Of a stretch of 30,013 nucleotides of DNA, positions 7,648 to 17,200 are shown piece by piece. The stretch comes from Patescibacteria group bacterium (GTDB lineage: Bacteria; Patescibacteriota; Minisyncoccia; Minisyncoccales; GWA2-46-15). The notes under the pieces were generated by a model that made no database searches, was not told the DNA's origin, and worked only from the letters and a program-made list of their open reading frames with translations. Position 1 is the first letter of the stretch. The number at the start of each line of letters is the position of its first letter. A program made the position numbers and the translations under genes. The DNA is taken from NCBI GenBank assembly GCA_018895125.1, contig JAHIOR010000032.1:1-30013 (forward strand), in the 5' to 3' direction.

Positions 7648-7677
7648 AGAGAATCAAATTTAAGAGAATCAAATTTA
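7648..7677 (+). repeat. Exact 15-bp tandem duplication AGAGAATCAAATTTA x2, with a degenerate third copy at about 7681-7696
   Basis: Read directly at 7648-7662 and 7663-7677. Confidence 0.9.
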
Positions 7678-7698
7678 TATGGAGAAAATCTAATTTGG

Positions 7699-7727
7699 TT
7701 GAAATAAAGCAAAAATAATGCTATTTT
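7699..7727 (+). promoter_or_regulatory. Putative extended -10 promoter giving a leaderless transcript
   Basis: TTGAAA, 17-bp spacer ending in TGc, then TATTTT, 7 nt before the ATG at 7735. Confidence 0.55.
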
Positions 7728-7734
7728 AGATAAT

Positions 7735-8313
7735 ATGATGAATCTTAAAAATCATTATTTTATTCTTAGGCACGGGCAAACAACCTGGCCCCATACTGAG
7801 ATTTGTTATCCTTCTGATAACAAAGAATCAGTGGGTTTGAGTCAGGATGGTATTTCTCAAATAAAGCTTGTTGCCGAAAGCTTAAAAAAAGAAAATATCA
7901 GCTTGATTTTTTGCTCTGAATATTTACGAGTTAGACTAACAGCTGAAATAGTAGCTTCAGCCTTAGGGTTAAAACCAGTGATTGATGCCAGACTTAACGA
8001 CACTGAGCTGGGAGATTATTACGGTAAGCCCAAGGCTAGTTTTTACCAAGAGTTTCCAGATCCTGCCAAAAGATTTGAGACGAAGTCTCCTATGGGCGGG
8101 GAAAGCTGGGATGAAGTTAAGGTTAGACAAATCAGCTTTTTAAAAGAAACCGAGCAAAAATATGATGGCCAGAATATTTTAGTTGTTGGCCACGGTGATA
8201 GCCTTTGGCTCTTAGAGGGCTTAATCAGACAAATGACAAATAAAGAGCTTTTAGAGGCTATCTTCGAGAAAAAAGAGTTTATTAAAAAAGGAGAGTTAAG
8301 AAAAATTAACTAA
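7735..8313 (+). CDS. Histidine phosphatase superfamily protein (PGM-like)
   Basis: ILRHGQT catalytic motif, S...R..TA, GGESW, LVVGHG. Confidence 0.9.
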   Translation: MMNLKNHYFILRHGQTTWPHTEICYPSDNKESVGLSQDGISQIKLVAESLKKENISLIFCSEYLRVRLTAEIVASALGLKPVIDARLNDTELGDYYGKPKASFYQEFPDPAKRFETKSPMGGESWDEVKVRQISFLKETEQKYDGQNILVVGHGDSLWLLEGLIRQMTNKELLEAIFEKKEFIKKGELRKIN

Positions 8314-8317
8314 ACTT

Positions 8318-11200
8318 ATGCCAGAGGCTATTAGCTTCCCAGAAAAAGAAGAAAAGATATTAAAGTTCTGGAAAAAGAACAAGATTTTTGAAAAATCAAT
8401 TGAACAACGGTCTGAAAATAACCCAGCTTCTTTTTATGACGGACCGCCTTTTGTAACCGGCGTGCCTCATTACGGTCATTTATTGGGAAGCATTGCTAAA
8501 GATATTATTCCCAGATATCTGGCCATGAAGGGTAAAAGAGTCAGGAGGGTTTGGGGTTGGGATTGTCATGGTTTGCCGATTGAAAACAAGGTTGAGCAAA
8601 AACTAGGGTTAAAAGACAGACGCGATATTGAAAAGATCGGACTTTTGAAGTTCATTAATGAATGCAAGGATTATGTTTCTCAAACCTCGGCAGAATGGAA
8701 TTGGTATATTGATAGGATTGGTCGCTGGGTAGATATGGATAATGCTTATAAAACCATGGATCTGACCTATATGGAGTCAGTCATTTGGGTTTTCAAAAAG
8801 CTTTACGACCAAGATTTGATTTATAAAGGAATGAGGATTTCCTTATTCTGTCCCCGTTGCTCGACCCCGATCTCTAATTTCGAGATTGCTATGGATAACT
8901 CTTACCAGGACAGGGAAGACACGGCCGTCACTCTTAAATTTAAGATTATTAATCAGGAATTTTTAAATAAATATAAGCTTAAAAAACCCTGTTATTTATT
9001 AGCTTGGACAACCACCCCTTGGAGCTGTGTTAGCGTTATGGGGCTGGCAGTTGGCGAGGGTTTTAATTATCAGATTATTGAAACAGATGAAGAGTGTTAT
9101 TTAATCGCTAAAAACGCGGTTGAAAAAACAATGACTGACTTGGAGTATAAAATAATCGGCGATTTGACCGGCAAAGAAATAGCAGGCTTAAGCTACGAGC
9201 ATTTATTTGATTATTATAATAGCCAATTTACAGGCTTTAAAACCTATTCGACCAGCTATGTTTCACAAGAAGAAGGCACTGGTATTGTGACCATTAATGG
9301 TGCTTTTGGTGACGTTGATATGGACTCAAGTAAAAAATACAATCTGCCGATTATTGTCAATGTTGACGAAGAGGGTAAGTTTACCCCAGAAGTAAAGGTT
9401 TGTCCTGGAATTTATGTCAAAGATGCGCAGAAATTAATCATTGATGACCTTAAAGAGCGTAATTTACTTTTCAAAGAAGAAAAGATTATTCACTCTTATC
9501 CTTTTTGTTATCGTTGTGAAACGCCTTTGATTTACCGGGCTCAGGATAGTTGGTTTATTAGCATTGAAAAGTTAAGACAAAAACTTTTAGATAAAAACCA
9601 AGATGTTCATTGGGTTCCGAAACATTTTAAAGAGGGTCGGTTTAGCGAGGGAATTAAAACAGCTCCAGACTGGTGTATTTCCAGGACCCGTTATTGGGCC
9701 ACGGCCATGCCAGTTTGGGAATGTCAGCAATGTGAAAATAGGGAGGTTTTCGGTTCAATTGCTGATATTGAGAAAAGGAGCGGTCAAAAAGTAAAAGACC
9801 TGCATCGTCCTTTTATTGATGAAATAGTTTTTAAATGTTTGAAATGCGACAATGAAATGAAAAGGGTTAAAGAAGTTTTGGATTGCTGGTTGGATTCAGG
9901 TTCAATGCCTTATGCTGAAAGACATTATCCTTTTGAGAATAAAGAAGACTTTGAAAAAAGTTTTCCAGCTGATTATATCTCAGAATACACAGGACAGGTT
10001 CGGGCTTGGTTTTATGTTTTACACGTTTTAGGCGTTGCTTTATTTGATTCCAATTGTTTTAAGAATGTGGTTGTTTCCGGAGTTATCATGGGTACTGACG
10101 GCCGGAAGATGAGTAAAAGCTTTCATAATTATCCAGATCCCAAGGGAGTTCTTGAAAAGTATGGCGGCGATGCCCTCAGGCTTTATTTAATGGGCAGTCC
10201 GACTATGTCTGGCCAGGATATGAATATTTCAGAGGAAGGAATTAAAGAACAGGTTAAAAAGATAAACTTAATCTATTGGAACTGCTATAATTATTTCAAA
10301 ACTTTTGCTGACTTTAATGCTTTTGACTTTAAGAAAGAATTGATAACCTCGGTTGATAATCTTCTTGATCTTTGGATTCTAAGCCGAGCCAATAGATTCC
10401 TTAAGGATTTTGCCTCTTATATGGATAACTATCATATTCCCGAATCAGTCAGGCTGGTGCCCGAGTTTTTGGACGATCTTTCGAGGTGGTACATTAGGAG
10501 AAGCAGAGACAGACTTAGGGCTGGTGATAAAAAGGCGCTGAGCACTCTTTACCGAGTTTTAATTCTTTTTACCAAGACCGCAGCCCCGCTAATTCCTTTT
10601 TTAACTGAAGAAATTTATAAGAGCCTAAGCGATGATAAAGAATCGGTTCATTTAGAAGACTGGCCAGAGTTTTTAGAGAAATTAATTAATAGCGATCTTG
10701 AAGAAAAGATGGCTATAGTCAGAAGTATTTCCACCCAGGCGTTAGCTGAGAGGGCCAAAATGGGTATTAAGATCAGGCAACCATTATCAGAACTAAAAAT
10801 AAAAGACGAAAGAATCCGGCACGATCAGGATTTTTTAAATCTAATTAAAGAAGAAGTTAACGTTAAGGAGGTTATTTTTGATGACAATCTTAAAGAGGAG
10901 CTTTGGTTAAACCCAGAAATTGACAAGAAATTGAAGCAAGAAGGCTTATTAAGAGAGTTAATTCGAAATATCCAACAGATGAGGAAATTGGCTGATTTAA
11001 AGCCTGGCGATAAAATTACAATTGGTTATTCGGCCTCAGAAGATGATGAGCTAGCGATTGAGAAAGACAGACCAGTTATTTTAAAAGAAACTTTTGCCAA
11101 ATCTTTAGAAGCAGTTGCCAAAAACTCGTCTGGATTTGATTGTCAGAAAGAAATGGATTTTGATAAGGGGAAACTTTGGCTGGGTATCAAAAAAGTTTAA
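8318..11200 (+). CDS. ileS: Isoleucyl-tRNA synthetase, type 2
   Basis: YDGPPF..G.PHYGH, WGWDCHGLP, WTTTPW, PDWCISRTRYW, GRKMSKS; C-terminal EGLLRELIRNIQQMRK extension with no type-1 zinc finger. Confidence 0.97.
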   Translation: MPEAISFPEKEEKILKFWKKNKIFEKSIEQRSENNPASFYDGPPFVTGVPHYGHLLGSIAKDIIPRYLAMKGKRVRRVWGWDCHGLPIENKVEQKLGLKDRRDIEKIGLLKFINECKDYVSQTSAEWNWYIDRIGRWVDMDNAYKTMDLTYMESVIWVFKKLYDQDLIYKGMRISLFCPRCSTPISNFEIAMDNSYQDREDTAVTLKFKIINQEFLNKYKLKKPCYLLAWTTTPWSCVSVMGLAVGEGFNYQIIETDEECYLIAKNAVEKTMTDLEYKIIGDLTGKEIAGLSYEHLFDYYNSQFTGFKTYSTSYVSQEEGTGIVTINGAFGDVDMDSSKKYNLPIIVNVDEEGKFTPEVKVCPGIYVKDAQKLIIDDLKERNLLFKEEKIIHSYPFCYRCETPLIYRAQDSWFISIEKLRQKLLDKNQDVHWVPKHFKEGRFSEGIKTAPDWCISRTRYWATAMPVWECQQCENREVFGSIADIEKRSGQKVKDLHRPFIDEIVFKCLKCDNEMKRVKEVLDCWLDSGSMPYAERHYPFENKEDFEKSFPADYISEYTGQVRAWFYVLHVLGVALFDSNCFKNVVVSGVIMGTDGRKMSKSFHNYPDPKGVLEKYGGDALRLYLMGSPTMSGQDMNISEEGIKEQVKKINLIYWNCYNYFKTFADFNAFDFKKELITSVDNLLDLWILSRANRFLKDFASYMDNYHIPESVRLVPEFLDDLSRWYIRRSRDRLRAGDKKALSTLYRVLILFTKTAAPLIPFLTEEIYKSLSDDKESVHLEDWPEFLEKLINSDLEEKMAIVRSISTQALAERAKMGIKIRQPLSELKIKDERIRHDQDFLNLIKEEVNVKEVIFDDNLKEELWLNPEIDKKLKQEGLLRELIRNIQQMRKLADLKPGDKITIGYSASEDDELAIEKDRPVILKETFAKSLEAVAKNSSGFDCQKEMDFDKGKLWLGIKKV

Positions 11201-11207
11201 TTATTGT

Positions 11208-11936
11208 ATGTTTGTTCGTCATCGTAGCCAGGGCTACGTTTTAAAAAGAGAGAATGTTAACGAGGCCGATCAAGTTTTTTCAATCTATACCAAGGATTTT
11301 GGTGAAATTAGGGTTTTAGCCAAGGCTAGTCGTCGTTTAAATTCAAAATTAAGAAGTTTTATTCAGGTCCTTACCCTAGTTGAGATAGAATTTGTTCAGG
11401 GAAAAACGATTAAGACGTTAACAGATGCTGTTTTAATTGAGAGATTTAGTAGTATTAAGAAAAATCTTCTAAAATTACGACTGACCTATAATTTTGGCAG
11501 AACTTTTAATTCCTTAGTTAAAATCCAGGAAACCGATGATAATCTTTGGAGATTGCTTGATAGATTTTTCCATATTTTAGATTTAGAAAAAGAGGATGCG
11601 AATAAGTTGGAAATACTTTATTATTACTTTTTTTGGAATCTTTTAGACGTTTTAGGATACCGGCCGGAGTTAAAATCATGCACTTCTTGTCGTCAGAAAC
11701 CGCTTCCTGATAAATTCTTTTGGATCAGCCATCAGGGCGGTCTAGTTTGTAAAAACTGCGTTAATAAGGTAAAAACAAAGGTAGATAAGATTGATATCCA
11801 GACTTTAAAGATTTTAAGGATTATTCTCGATTATGATTGGAAAGTTTCCAGAAGGCTGAAAATTGATCCAGAGATAAGACGAGGTTTAAAAATAATTAGT
11901 AAAAAATATTTTAACCACATTTACGAAAAAAGATGA
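11208..11936 (+). CDS. recO: DNA repair protein RecO (start corrected from 11115)
   Basis: GYVLKR.NVNEADQVFSIYTKDFG.I..LAK..R; zinc finger CTSC...GGLVCKNC. The ATG at 11208 follows the ileS stop by 7 nt. Confidence 0.93.
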   Translation: MFVRHRSQGYVLKRENVNEADQVFSIYTKDFGEIRVLAKASRRLNSKLRSFIQVLTLVEIEFVQGKTIKTLTDAVLIERFSSIKKNLLKLRLTYNFGRTFNSLVKIQETDDNLWRLLDRFFHILDLEKEDANKLEILYYYFFWNLLDVLGYRPELKSCTSCRQKPLPDKFFWISHQGGLVCKNCVNKVKTKVDKIDIQTLKILRIILDYDWKVSRRLKIDPEIRRGLKIISKKYFNHIYEKR

Positions 11937-13594
11937 ATAAAAAAACTGTCCGTTATATTATTATTTTTATCCTAATTTTAGCTGTTGCTGGTTTTTGGTA
12001 TTTTCAGAGAAACTCTTTTTCTAAAGAAATAATGAAGTTAGAAATACTGGGACCGGAAACAACCGAAGTTGGTCAGAAAGTTGATTATGTTCTAAAATAC
12101 AAAAATAACGGGGATATAACTTTAATTAATGCCAAACTTAGCTTTGAGTTTCCTGAGAATTCTCTAACCGAAGACAATAAAATCAGAATCGAACAGAATT
12201 TGGAAGATATTTATCCAGGAGAAGAAAAAACCATCACTCTTTCGGGCCGTATTTTAGGACAGGAGAATGAATTAAAAAAAGCCCAGGCATGGCTGTCATT
12301 CCAACCTAAAAATCTTAAAGCCAGGTATGAAGTTTCCACGACTCAGACCACGGTAATTAAGTTCTCGCCGTTGACCTTTGAGTTTGATTTGCCGTCAAAG
12401 ATTGAAGCGGAAAAAGACTTTAGTTTTTCCCTAAATTATTTCTCTAACGTTGATTATCCATTATCTCAACTCAGAGTTAAGATTGAATACCCGGCTGGCT
12501 TTGAATTTGTCGACAGTACCCCTAAAGCCTTAGAAAAAGATGAATGGCAAGTGCCAATTCTTAATAAGGCTGATGGTGGTCGGATCAAGATTTTCGGCAG
12601 GATTAATGGCAATATTGGCGAGCAGAAAATGTTTAGGGCCAGTTTTGGCATGTGGCAGGATGGAAATTTCATTCTACTCAAGGAGGCGTCTCGGGGAGCA
12701 GAGATTATCAGACCAACGATCTATCTTTCCCAATTAGTTAACGGCGCCTCTGATTACGTGGCTAGTTCCGGAGACACTCTTCATTACGAAATCTTTTTTA
12801 GGAATATTGGCAGCTCTCCTTTTGAAAATCTTTTTCTAGTGGTTAATCTAGAAGGTTCTTTATTTGATTTAACCAGCCTTCAGTCTCCGAATGCCAACTA
12901 TCATCAAGGCAACAGCTCAATGATTTGGGATTGGAAGAAGAATCCACAGCTTAGGTTTCTAGACGAAGACGAAGAGGGTAAAGTAGAATTTTGGATCGCT
13001 CTTAAGAAGGAAGTAGCTACAGTTGGTCCTAGGGATAAAAATTTAATTTTAAAGAATAGTGTTAACTTATCCCCAGCCAAAGAAGAGTTTTCCTTAAAAG
13101 TTAATTCAAAATTAGATTTAGATCAGCAAGTATTTTTCAACAGCGATCTTTTCCAAGCCTCCGGCAGTTTGCCATTAAGGGTTGGCCAGCCAACAGCTTT
13201 AACCGTAACTTGGAAATTAAAGAATTTCTATAACGACTTAAGAAATACTAAAGTTAAGGCAACTTTGCCTAGCTGGGTGAGTTTGACCGGCCAGTTGTTG
13301 CCGCGAAATTCTTCATTTGTTTTTGATTCTCAATCCCGAGAGATAATTTGGGATTTAGGGGAGATAAAGGCGGGCCAAGGCGCTAACGGCACTGATAGTC
13401 CCAGCCTTTCTTTCCAAATATTATTAACCCCTAATTCTTCTCAATTAGGGCAAACACCCGGAATTATAAATAGGGCTCAGGCTTTCGGAGACGATACTTG
13501 GACCCAAGAACCAATTGAATCAGAAATTAAAACAGCTAGCAGTGGCTCTTTAAGCGATCCGGGGTTTGATTATTCCCAAGGAATTGTTCAGTAA
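11933..13594 (+). CDS. Membrane-anchored beta-rich extracytoplasmic protein (Ig-like/DUF11-like repeats), function unknown
   Basis: N-terminal hydrophobic helix YIIIFILILAVAGFWYF; repeated Y.L.Y.N.G / Y.I.F.N.G / V..TLP and IIWDLG-type strands. Confidence 0.6.
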   Translation: MNKKTVRYIIIFILILAVAGFWYFQRNSFSKEIMKLEILGPETTEVGQKVDYVLKYKNNGDITLINAKLSFEFPENSLTEDNKIRIEQNLEDIYPGEEKTITLSGRILGQENELKKAQAWLSFQPKNLKARYEVSTTQTTVIKFSPLTFEFDLPSKIEAEKDFSFSLNYFSNVDYPLSQLRVKIEYPAGFEFVDSTPKALEKDEWQVPILNKADGGRIKIFGRINGNIGEQKMFRASFGMWQDGNFILLKEASRGAEIIRPTIYLSQLVNGASDYVASSGDTLHYEIFFRNIGSSPFENLFLVVNLEGSLFDLTSLQSPNANYHQGNSSMIWDWKKNPQLRFLDEDEEGKVEFWIALKKEVATVGPRDKNLILKNSVNLSPAKEEFSLKVNSKLDLDQQVFFNSDLFQASGSLPLRVGQPTALTVTWKLKNFYNDLRNTKVKATLPSWVSLTGQLLPRNSSFVFDSQSREIIWDLGEIKAGQGANGTDSPSLSFQILLTPNSSQLGQTPGIINRAQAFGDDTWTQEPIESEIKTASSGSLSDPGFDYSQGIVQ

Positions 13595-13596
13595 AT

Positions 13597-14907
13597 ATGC
13601 CAGAAGAAAAAACAAAGGATAATCTAATGGAAAAAATTGTTTCTCTTTGCAAGCGTCGGGGTTTTGTTTTTCCCGGCAGTGATATTTATGGAGGTTTGCA
13701 GGGTTTTTATGATTACGGCCCATTAGGTTCAGAGGTTAAAAATAATCTCAAACAATTATGGTGGCGCTGGATGACGAGAGAACACGAAAGCATTGTTGGT
13801 ATTGATGGCAGTATTATTACTCATCCTAAGGTTTGGGAGGCGAGCGGCCACGTTAAGAGTTTTGTTGATCCTTTGTCAGAATGTAAAAAATGCCACCATC
13901 GTTTTAAGGCAGACGACTTAGATGGCAATGATTGTCCCGATTGTGACGGCAAGCTGACTGAGCCTAGGAATTATAATATCTTAATGCCAACTGAACTGGG
14001 CGTAATTGAAGGAGAAAAAACAAAAACTTATTTGCGAGGCGAAGCCTGCCAGAATATTTATTTGAATTTTAAGAATGTTTTAAATTCCAGTCGTTTGCAA
14101 ATTCCTTTTGGTATTTGCCAGATTGGTAAAGCTTTTAGAAATGAGGTTACTCCGGGAAATTTTCTTTATCGGCAGAGAGAATTCGAGCAATGGGATTTAC
14201 AATGGTTTGTTGATCCCAAAGAGGCTGATAAGTGGTTTGAATTTTGGAAGGAAGAAAGAATGAATTGGTATAAGAAATTATTCACTCATCCGGAAAATCT
14301 TGGTTTCTTTGAGCATACGAAGTTGGCTCATTATGCCAAGAAAGCTTTTGATATTGAATATTTAAAATCGCCATTCGGTAATAAAGAAATGGAGGGAATC
14401 CATTGGCGCGGAGACTGGGATCTTTCCGGCCATAGTAAGTATTCTGGTCAGGATTTGAGTTATACTAATCCTGTCACTAATGAAAGATTTATTCCTTGGA
14501 TTATTGAAACTTCAGGCGGAGTTGATCGAACCTTTTTATTCTTAATGATTGATGCTTACACTGAAGAAAAAGACAGAATTGTTTTAAAATTAGATCCAAG
14601 GATTGCCCCCTATAAAGCAGCTGTCTTCCCGCTTCTGGCCAATAAACCGGAATTAGTCAGTAAAGCTCGGGAAATTTTTGAGGCTTTAAGGCTAGATTTT
14701 TCCGTTGTTTGGGATGACAGAGGTAATATTGGAAAAAGATATTATTCTCAAGATGAGGTGGGAACAAAATGGTGCATTACTTGCGATTTTCAGACCTTGG
14801 AGGACAAAACTGTAACCATTAGAGATCGAGACACAACCAAACAAGAAAGGATTAAAATTAATGAGCTGTCGGGATTTTTAGAAGATAAATTAAAGCCAAA
14901 TGCTTAA
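13597..14907 (+). CDS. glyS: Glycyl-tRNA synthetase, alpha2 homodimeric type
   Basis: RRGFVFPGSDIYGG...YDYGPLG, YLRGE, GKAFRNE.TP..F..RQREFEQ, IETSGG.DR, and anticodon domain IGKRY..QDE.GT..CIT.D. Confidence 0.96.
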   Translation: MPEEKTKDNLMEKIVSLCKRRGFVFPGSDIYGGLQGFYDYGPLGSEVKNNLKQLWWRWMTREHESIVGIDGSIITHPKVWEASGHVKSFVDPLSECKKCHHRFKADDLDGNDCPDCDGKLTEPRNYNILMPTELGVIEGEKTKTYLRGEACQNIYLNFKNVLNSSRLQIPFGICQIGKAFRNEVTPGNFLYRQREFEQWDLQWFVDPKEADKWFEFWKEERMNWYKKLFTHPENLGFFEHTKLAHYAKKAFDIEYLKSPFGNKEMEGIHWRGDWDLSGHSKYSGQDLSYTNPVTNERFIPWIIETSGGVDRTFLFLMIDAYTEEKDRIVLKLDPRIAPYKAAVFPLLANKPELVSKAREIFEALRLDFSVVWDDRGNIGKRYYSQDEVGTKWCITCDFQTLEDKTVTIRDRDTTKQERIKINELSGFLEDKLKPNA

Positions 14908-16171
14908 AAAGTTTATTCTCAATAATGGCCTGAGGGTTCTTCTTTTCCCGATGGAGAATACTGAAGCAGTTACTTTATTGTTTTTAGCTGCTACTGGTTC
15001 TAAATATGAGACCAAGAATATTAGCGGCATTTCCCATTTACTTGAACACCTTCTTTTTAGGGGTATAAAAAGCTATCCTGAGCCAGGCAGCATTTCTAGG
15101 GCTTTAGACGAAATCGGTGGTTTTTATAATGCCTTCACTGACAAGGAGGTTCTGGGAATTATCTTTAAAGCCGGTGTTGAAAATTTAAGTTTGATTTCAA
15201 AGATCTTAACTGAAATGGTTACCGTACCTCTTTTAGATAAAAAAGAACTGATCAAAGAAAAAAAAGTAGTGGTTGAAGAAATTAGTATGAGAGAGGATAA
15301 TCCTCAAATACTAATTCTTGATCTTTGGGAAACTCTTTTATACGGTGATCAGCCAGCTGGCTGGCTGGTAATCGGTTCTAGAAAAACTGTCAGCAGTATT
15401 TCCCAGAAGAATCTTTCTGATCATTTAAAAAGCTCTTTTACGGCCAAAAATTCAGTCTTGGCCATAGCCGGGAATATTAAAGAAAAGGATGTTATTAAGA
15501 TGGTTAAAAGAGATTTTTCTGTTTTACCCGGCAAAAAACGCTTTCAAAAGAAATCAGTTAAAGAAAATCAAAATAAGCCAGAGATCATGCTTCATTTTAA
15601 GAAAACTGATCAAACTCATCTTTGCCTTGGAGTCAGGACAGTTGGCATCAGCGCTTTTTCTGAGAAAAAATATGTTCTGGCAGTCATCGCTTCTTTATTA
15701 GGAGGGATGATGAGTTCCAGGCTTTTTGTCGAAGTCAGGGAGAGAAGGGGTTTGGCTTATTATATCAGGACTTCTTGCGAACATTATACTGATAGCGGTT
15801 ACTTGGTAACCCATGCCGGTTTGAATAACGAAAAAGTTATGGAAGCAATCGAGATTATTTGTCGTGAGTATCAAAGATTAAAGATGGAAAGGGTTGGTGA
15901 TCAGGAATTGGCCAAAGCTAAGGAAAATTTAAGGGGTCGGTTAAGACTGGGATTAGAAACTTCTGACAGTTTTGCTTCTTTCTTTGGACTTCAGGAATTG
16001 ATTGACGGGAAAGTTTTAACACCGTCTCAGCAATGGCAAAAGATTGCCAAAATTACTCCAGATGATATTCTAAAAGTGGCCAAGGAGGTTTTTAGGGCGG
16101 AAAACCTTAATGTTGCTTTAATCGGGCCTCAGCGCCAAGAGAAAGAAATCAGAAACATTTTAAAGATTTAG
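14900..16171 (+). CDS. M16 family zinc peptidase (insulinase/pitrilysin-like)
   Basis: GSKYE....GISHLLEHLLF (HxxEH), YNAFT, E..VV.EE, LGG.MSSRLF..VRERRGLAY. Confidence 0.93.
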   Translation: MLKKFILNNGLRVLLFPMENTEAVTLLFLAATGSKYETKNISGISHLLEHLLFRGIKSYPEPGSISRALDEIGGFYNAFTDKEVLGIIFKAGVENLSLISKILTEMVTVPLLDKKELIKEKKVVVEEISMREDNPQILILDLWETLLYGDQPAGWLVIGSRKTVSSISQKNLSDHLKSSFTAKNSVLAIAGNIKEKDVIKMVKRDFSVLPGKKRFQKKSVKENQNKPEIMLHFKKTDQTHLCLGVRTVGISAFSEKKYVLAVIASLLGGMMSSRLFVEVRERRGLAYYIRTSCEHYTDSGYLVTHAGLNNEKVMEAIEIICREYQRLKMERVGDQELAKAKENLRGRLRLGLETSDSFASFFGLQELIDGKVLTPSQQWQKIAKITPDDILKVAKEVFRAENLNVALIGPQRQEKEIRNILKI

Positions 16172-16172
16172 A

Positions 16173-17195
16173 ATGGAAAAAGTAACTTTTGATTTTTCAT
16201 GGGAGACAATTACTAAAATAGGGGTTTTAGTTGCTTCTCTCTATGTCCTTTATCAATTAAAAGAGATTTTAATTTGGGTTGTTTTTGCCCTGGTCATTTC
16301 TTTTCTATTTAACCCTTTGATCAATTATTTTCAAAAGAAAAAAATGCCAAGGTTCTTGGCCGCTGGCCTGGTCTATTTTTTGTTCTTTAGCATTTTAGCG
16401 ATCCTGATCTATATTTTTATCCCCTTGTTAGTAATCGAGGTTAGTAATTTTTCTCAGAGTTTTTCAGAGTATTTTGACCAAGTGTCTCCGCCCTTGAGAA
16501 ATCTGGGGATTGAAGGTTTTGAAAGTTTAGATAAATTTGTTGGTTTAATTGAGAACACTCTTTTTGATATAACCAGAAATATTTTCAGTGGTTTATTTGC
16601 TATTTTTGGCGGTATTTTTACCACCTTTTTTATCGTTTCTCTAGCTTTTTTCTTATCTTTGGAAGAAAAATTTGTTCAAAAATCATTTGCGATTGCTTTT
16701 CCAGCTGAATATGAAGACATTGCTCTTGATCTCTGGAAAAGATGTCAAGGAAAGGTTAGCGGCTGGTTTCTAAGCCGAGTGGCCAGTTCTTTATTTGTCG
16801 GTGTTTTAACCTATATTGCTCTCTTGGTTTTGGGGGCAAGCTATCCTTTTTCTCTCGGAATTTTAGCTATGGTTTCTAATTTTGTTCCCATAGTCGGACC
16901 ATTTATAGCCGGCATTTTTATTTTCATTGTTTTGATTTTAACCAGTCCGGTTAAAGCAGTCCTGGCAGTCGGCATCTTCGTTTTAATCCAGCAGATTGAA
17001 AACAATATTATCACTCCGGTATTGAGTAAAAAATTTATTGGTTTATCACCATCTTTAGTTTTAGTGTCCTTAGTGGTTGGCGCCAAACTAGGTGGGGTTT
17101 GGGGAGCGATTCTGGGGATTCCCTTGCTCGGAATTTTTCTAGAGTTCGTGAAAGATTTTCTTAAAGAAAAAAAGGGAACAGAAGACTCCTCTTAA
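16173..17195 (+). CDS. AI-2E (PerM/YhhT) family membrane protein
   Basis: Multiple TM helices; NFVPIVGP, IQQIENNIITP, LGG.WGAILGIP. Confidence 0.9.
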   Translation: MEKVTFDFSWETITKIGVLVASLYVLYQLKEILIWVVFALVISFLFNPLINYFQKKKMPRFLAAGLVYFLFFSILAILIYIFIPLLVIEVSNFSQSFSEYFDQVSPPLRNLGIEGFESLDKFVGLIENTLFDITRNIFSGLFAIFGGIFTTFFIVSLAFFLSLEEKFVQKSFAIAFPAEYEDIALDLWKRCQGKVSGWFLSRVASSLFVGVLTYIALLVLGASYPFSLGILAMVSNFVPIVGPFIAGIFIFIVLILTSPVKAVLAVGIFVLIQQIENNIITPVLSKKFIGLSPSLVLVSLVVGAKLGGVWGAILGIPLLGIFLEFVKDFLKEKKGTEDSS

Positions 17196-17200
17196 TATTC

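Noticed and set aside
7651-7671. GAATCA in the 15-bp duplication as a PaaX operator half-site
   Set aside because: As I recall, the E. coli PaaX site is an inverted TGATTC...GAATCA pair. Here there are only direct half-sites and the protein is distant, so this is likely coincidence.
11115-11207. N-terminal extension of recO
   Set aside because: It overlaps the ileS 3' end from a TTG. RecO homology starts at the ATG at 11208.
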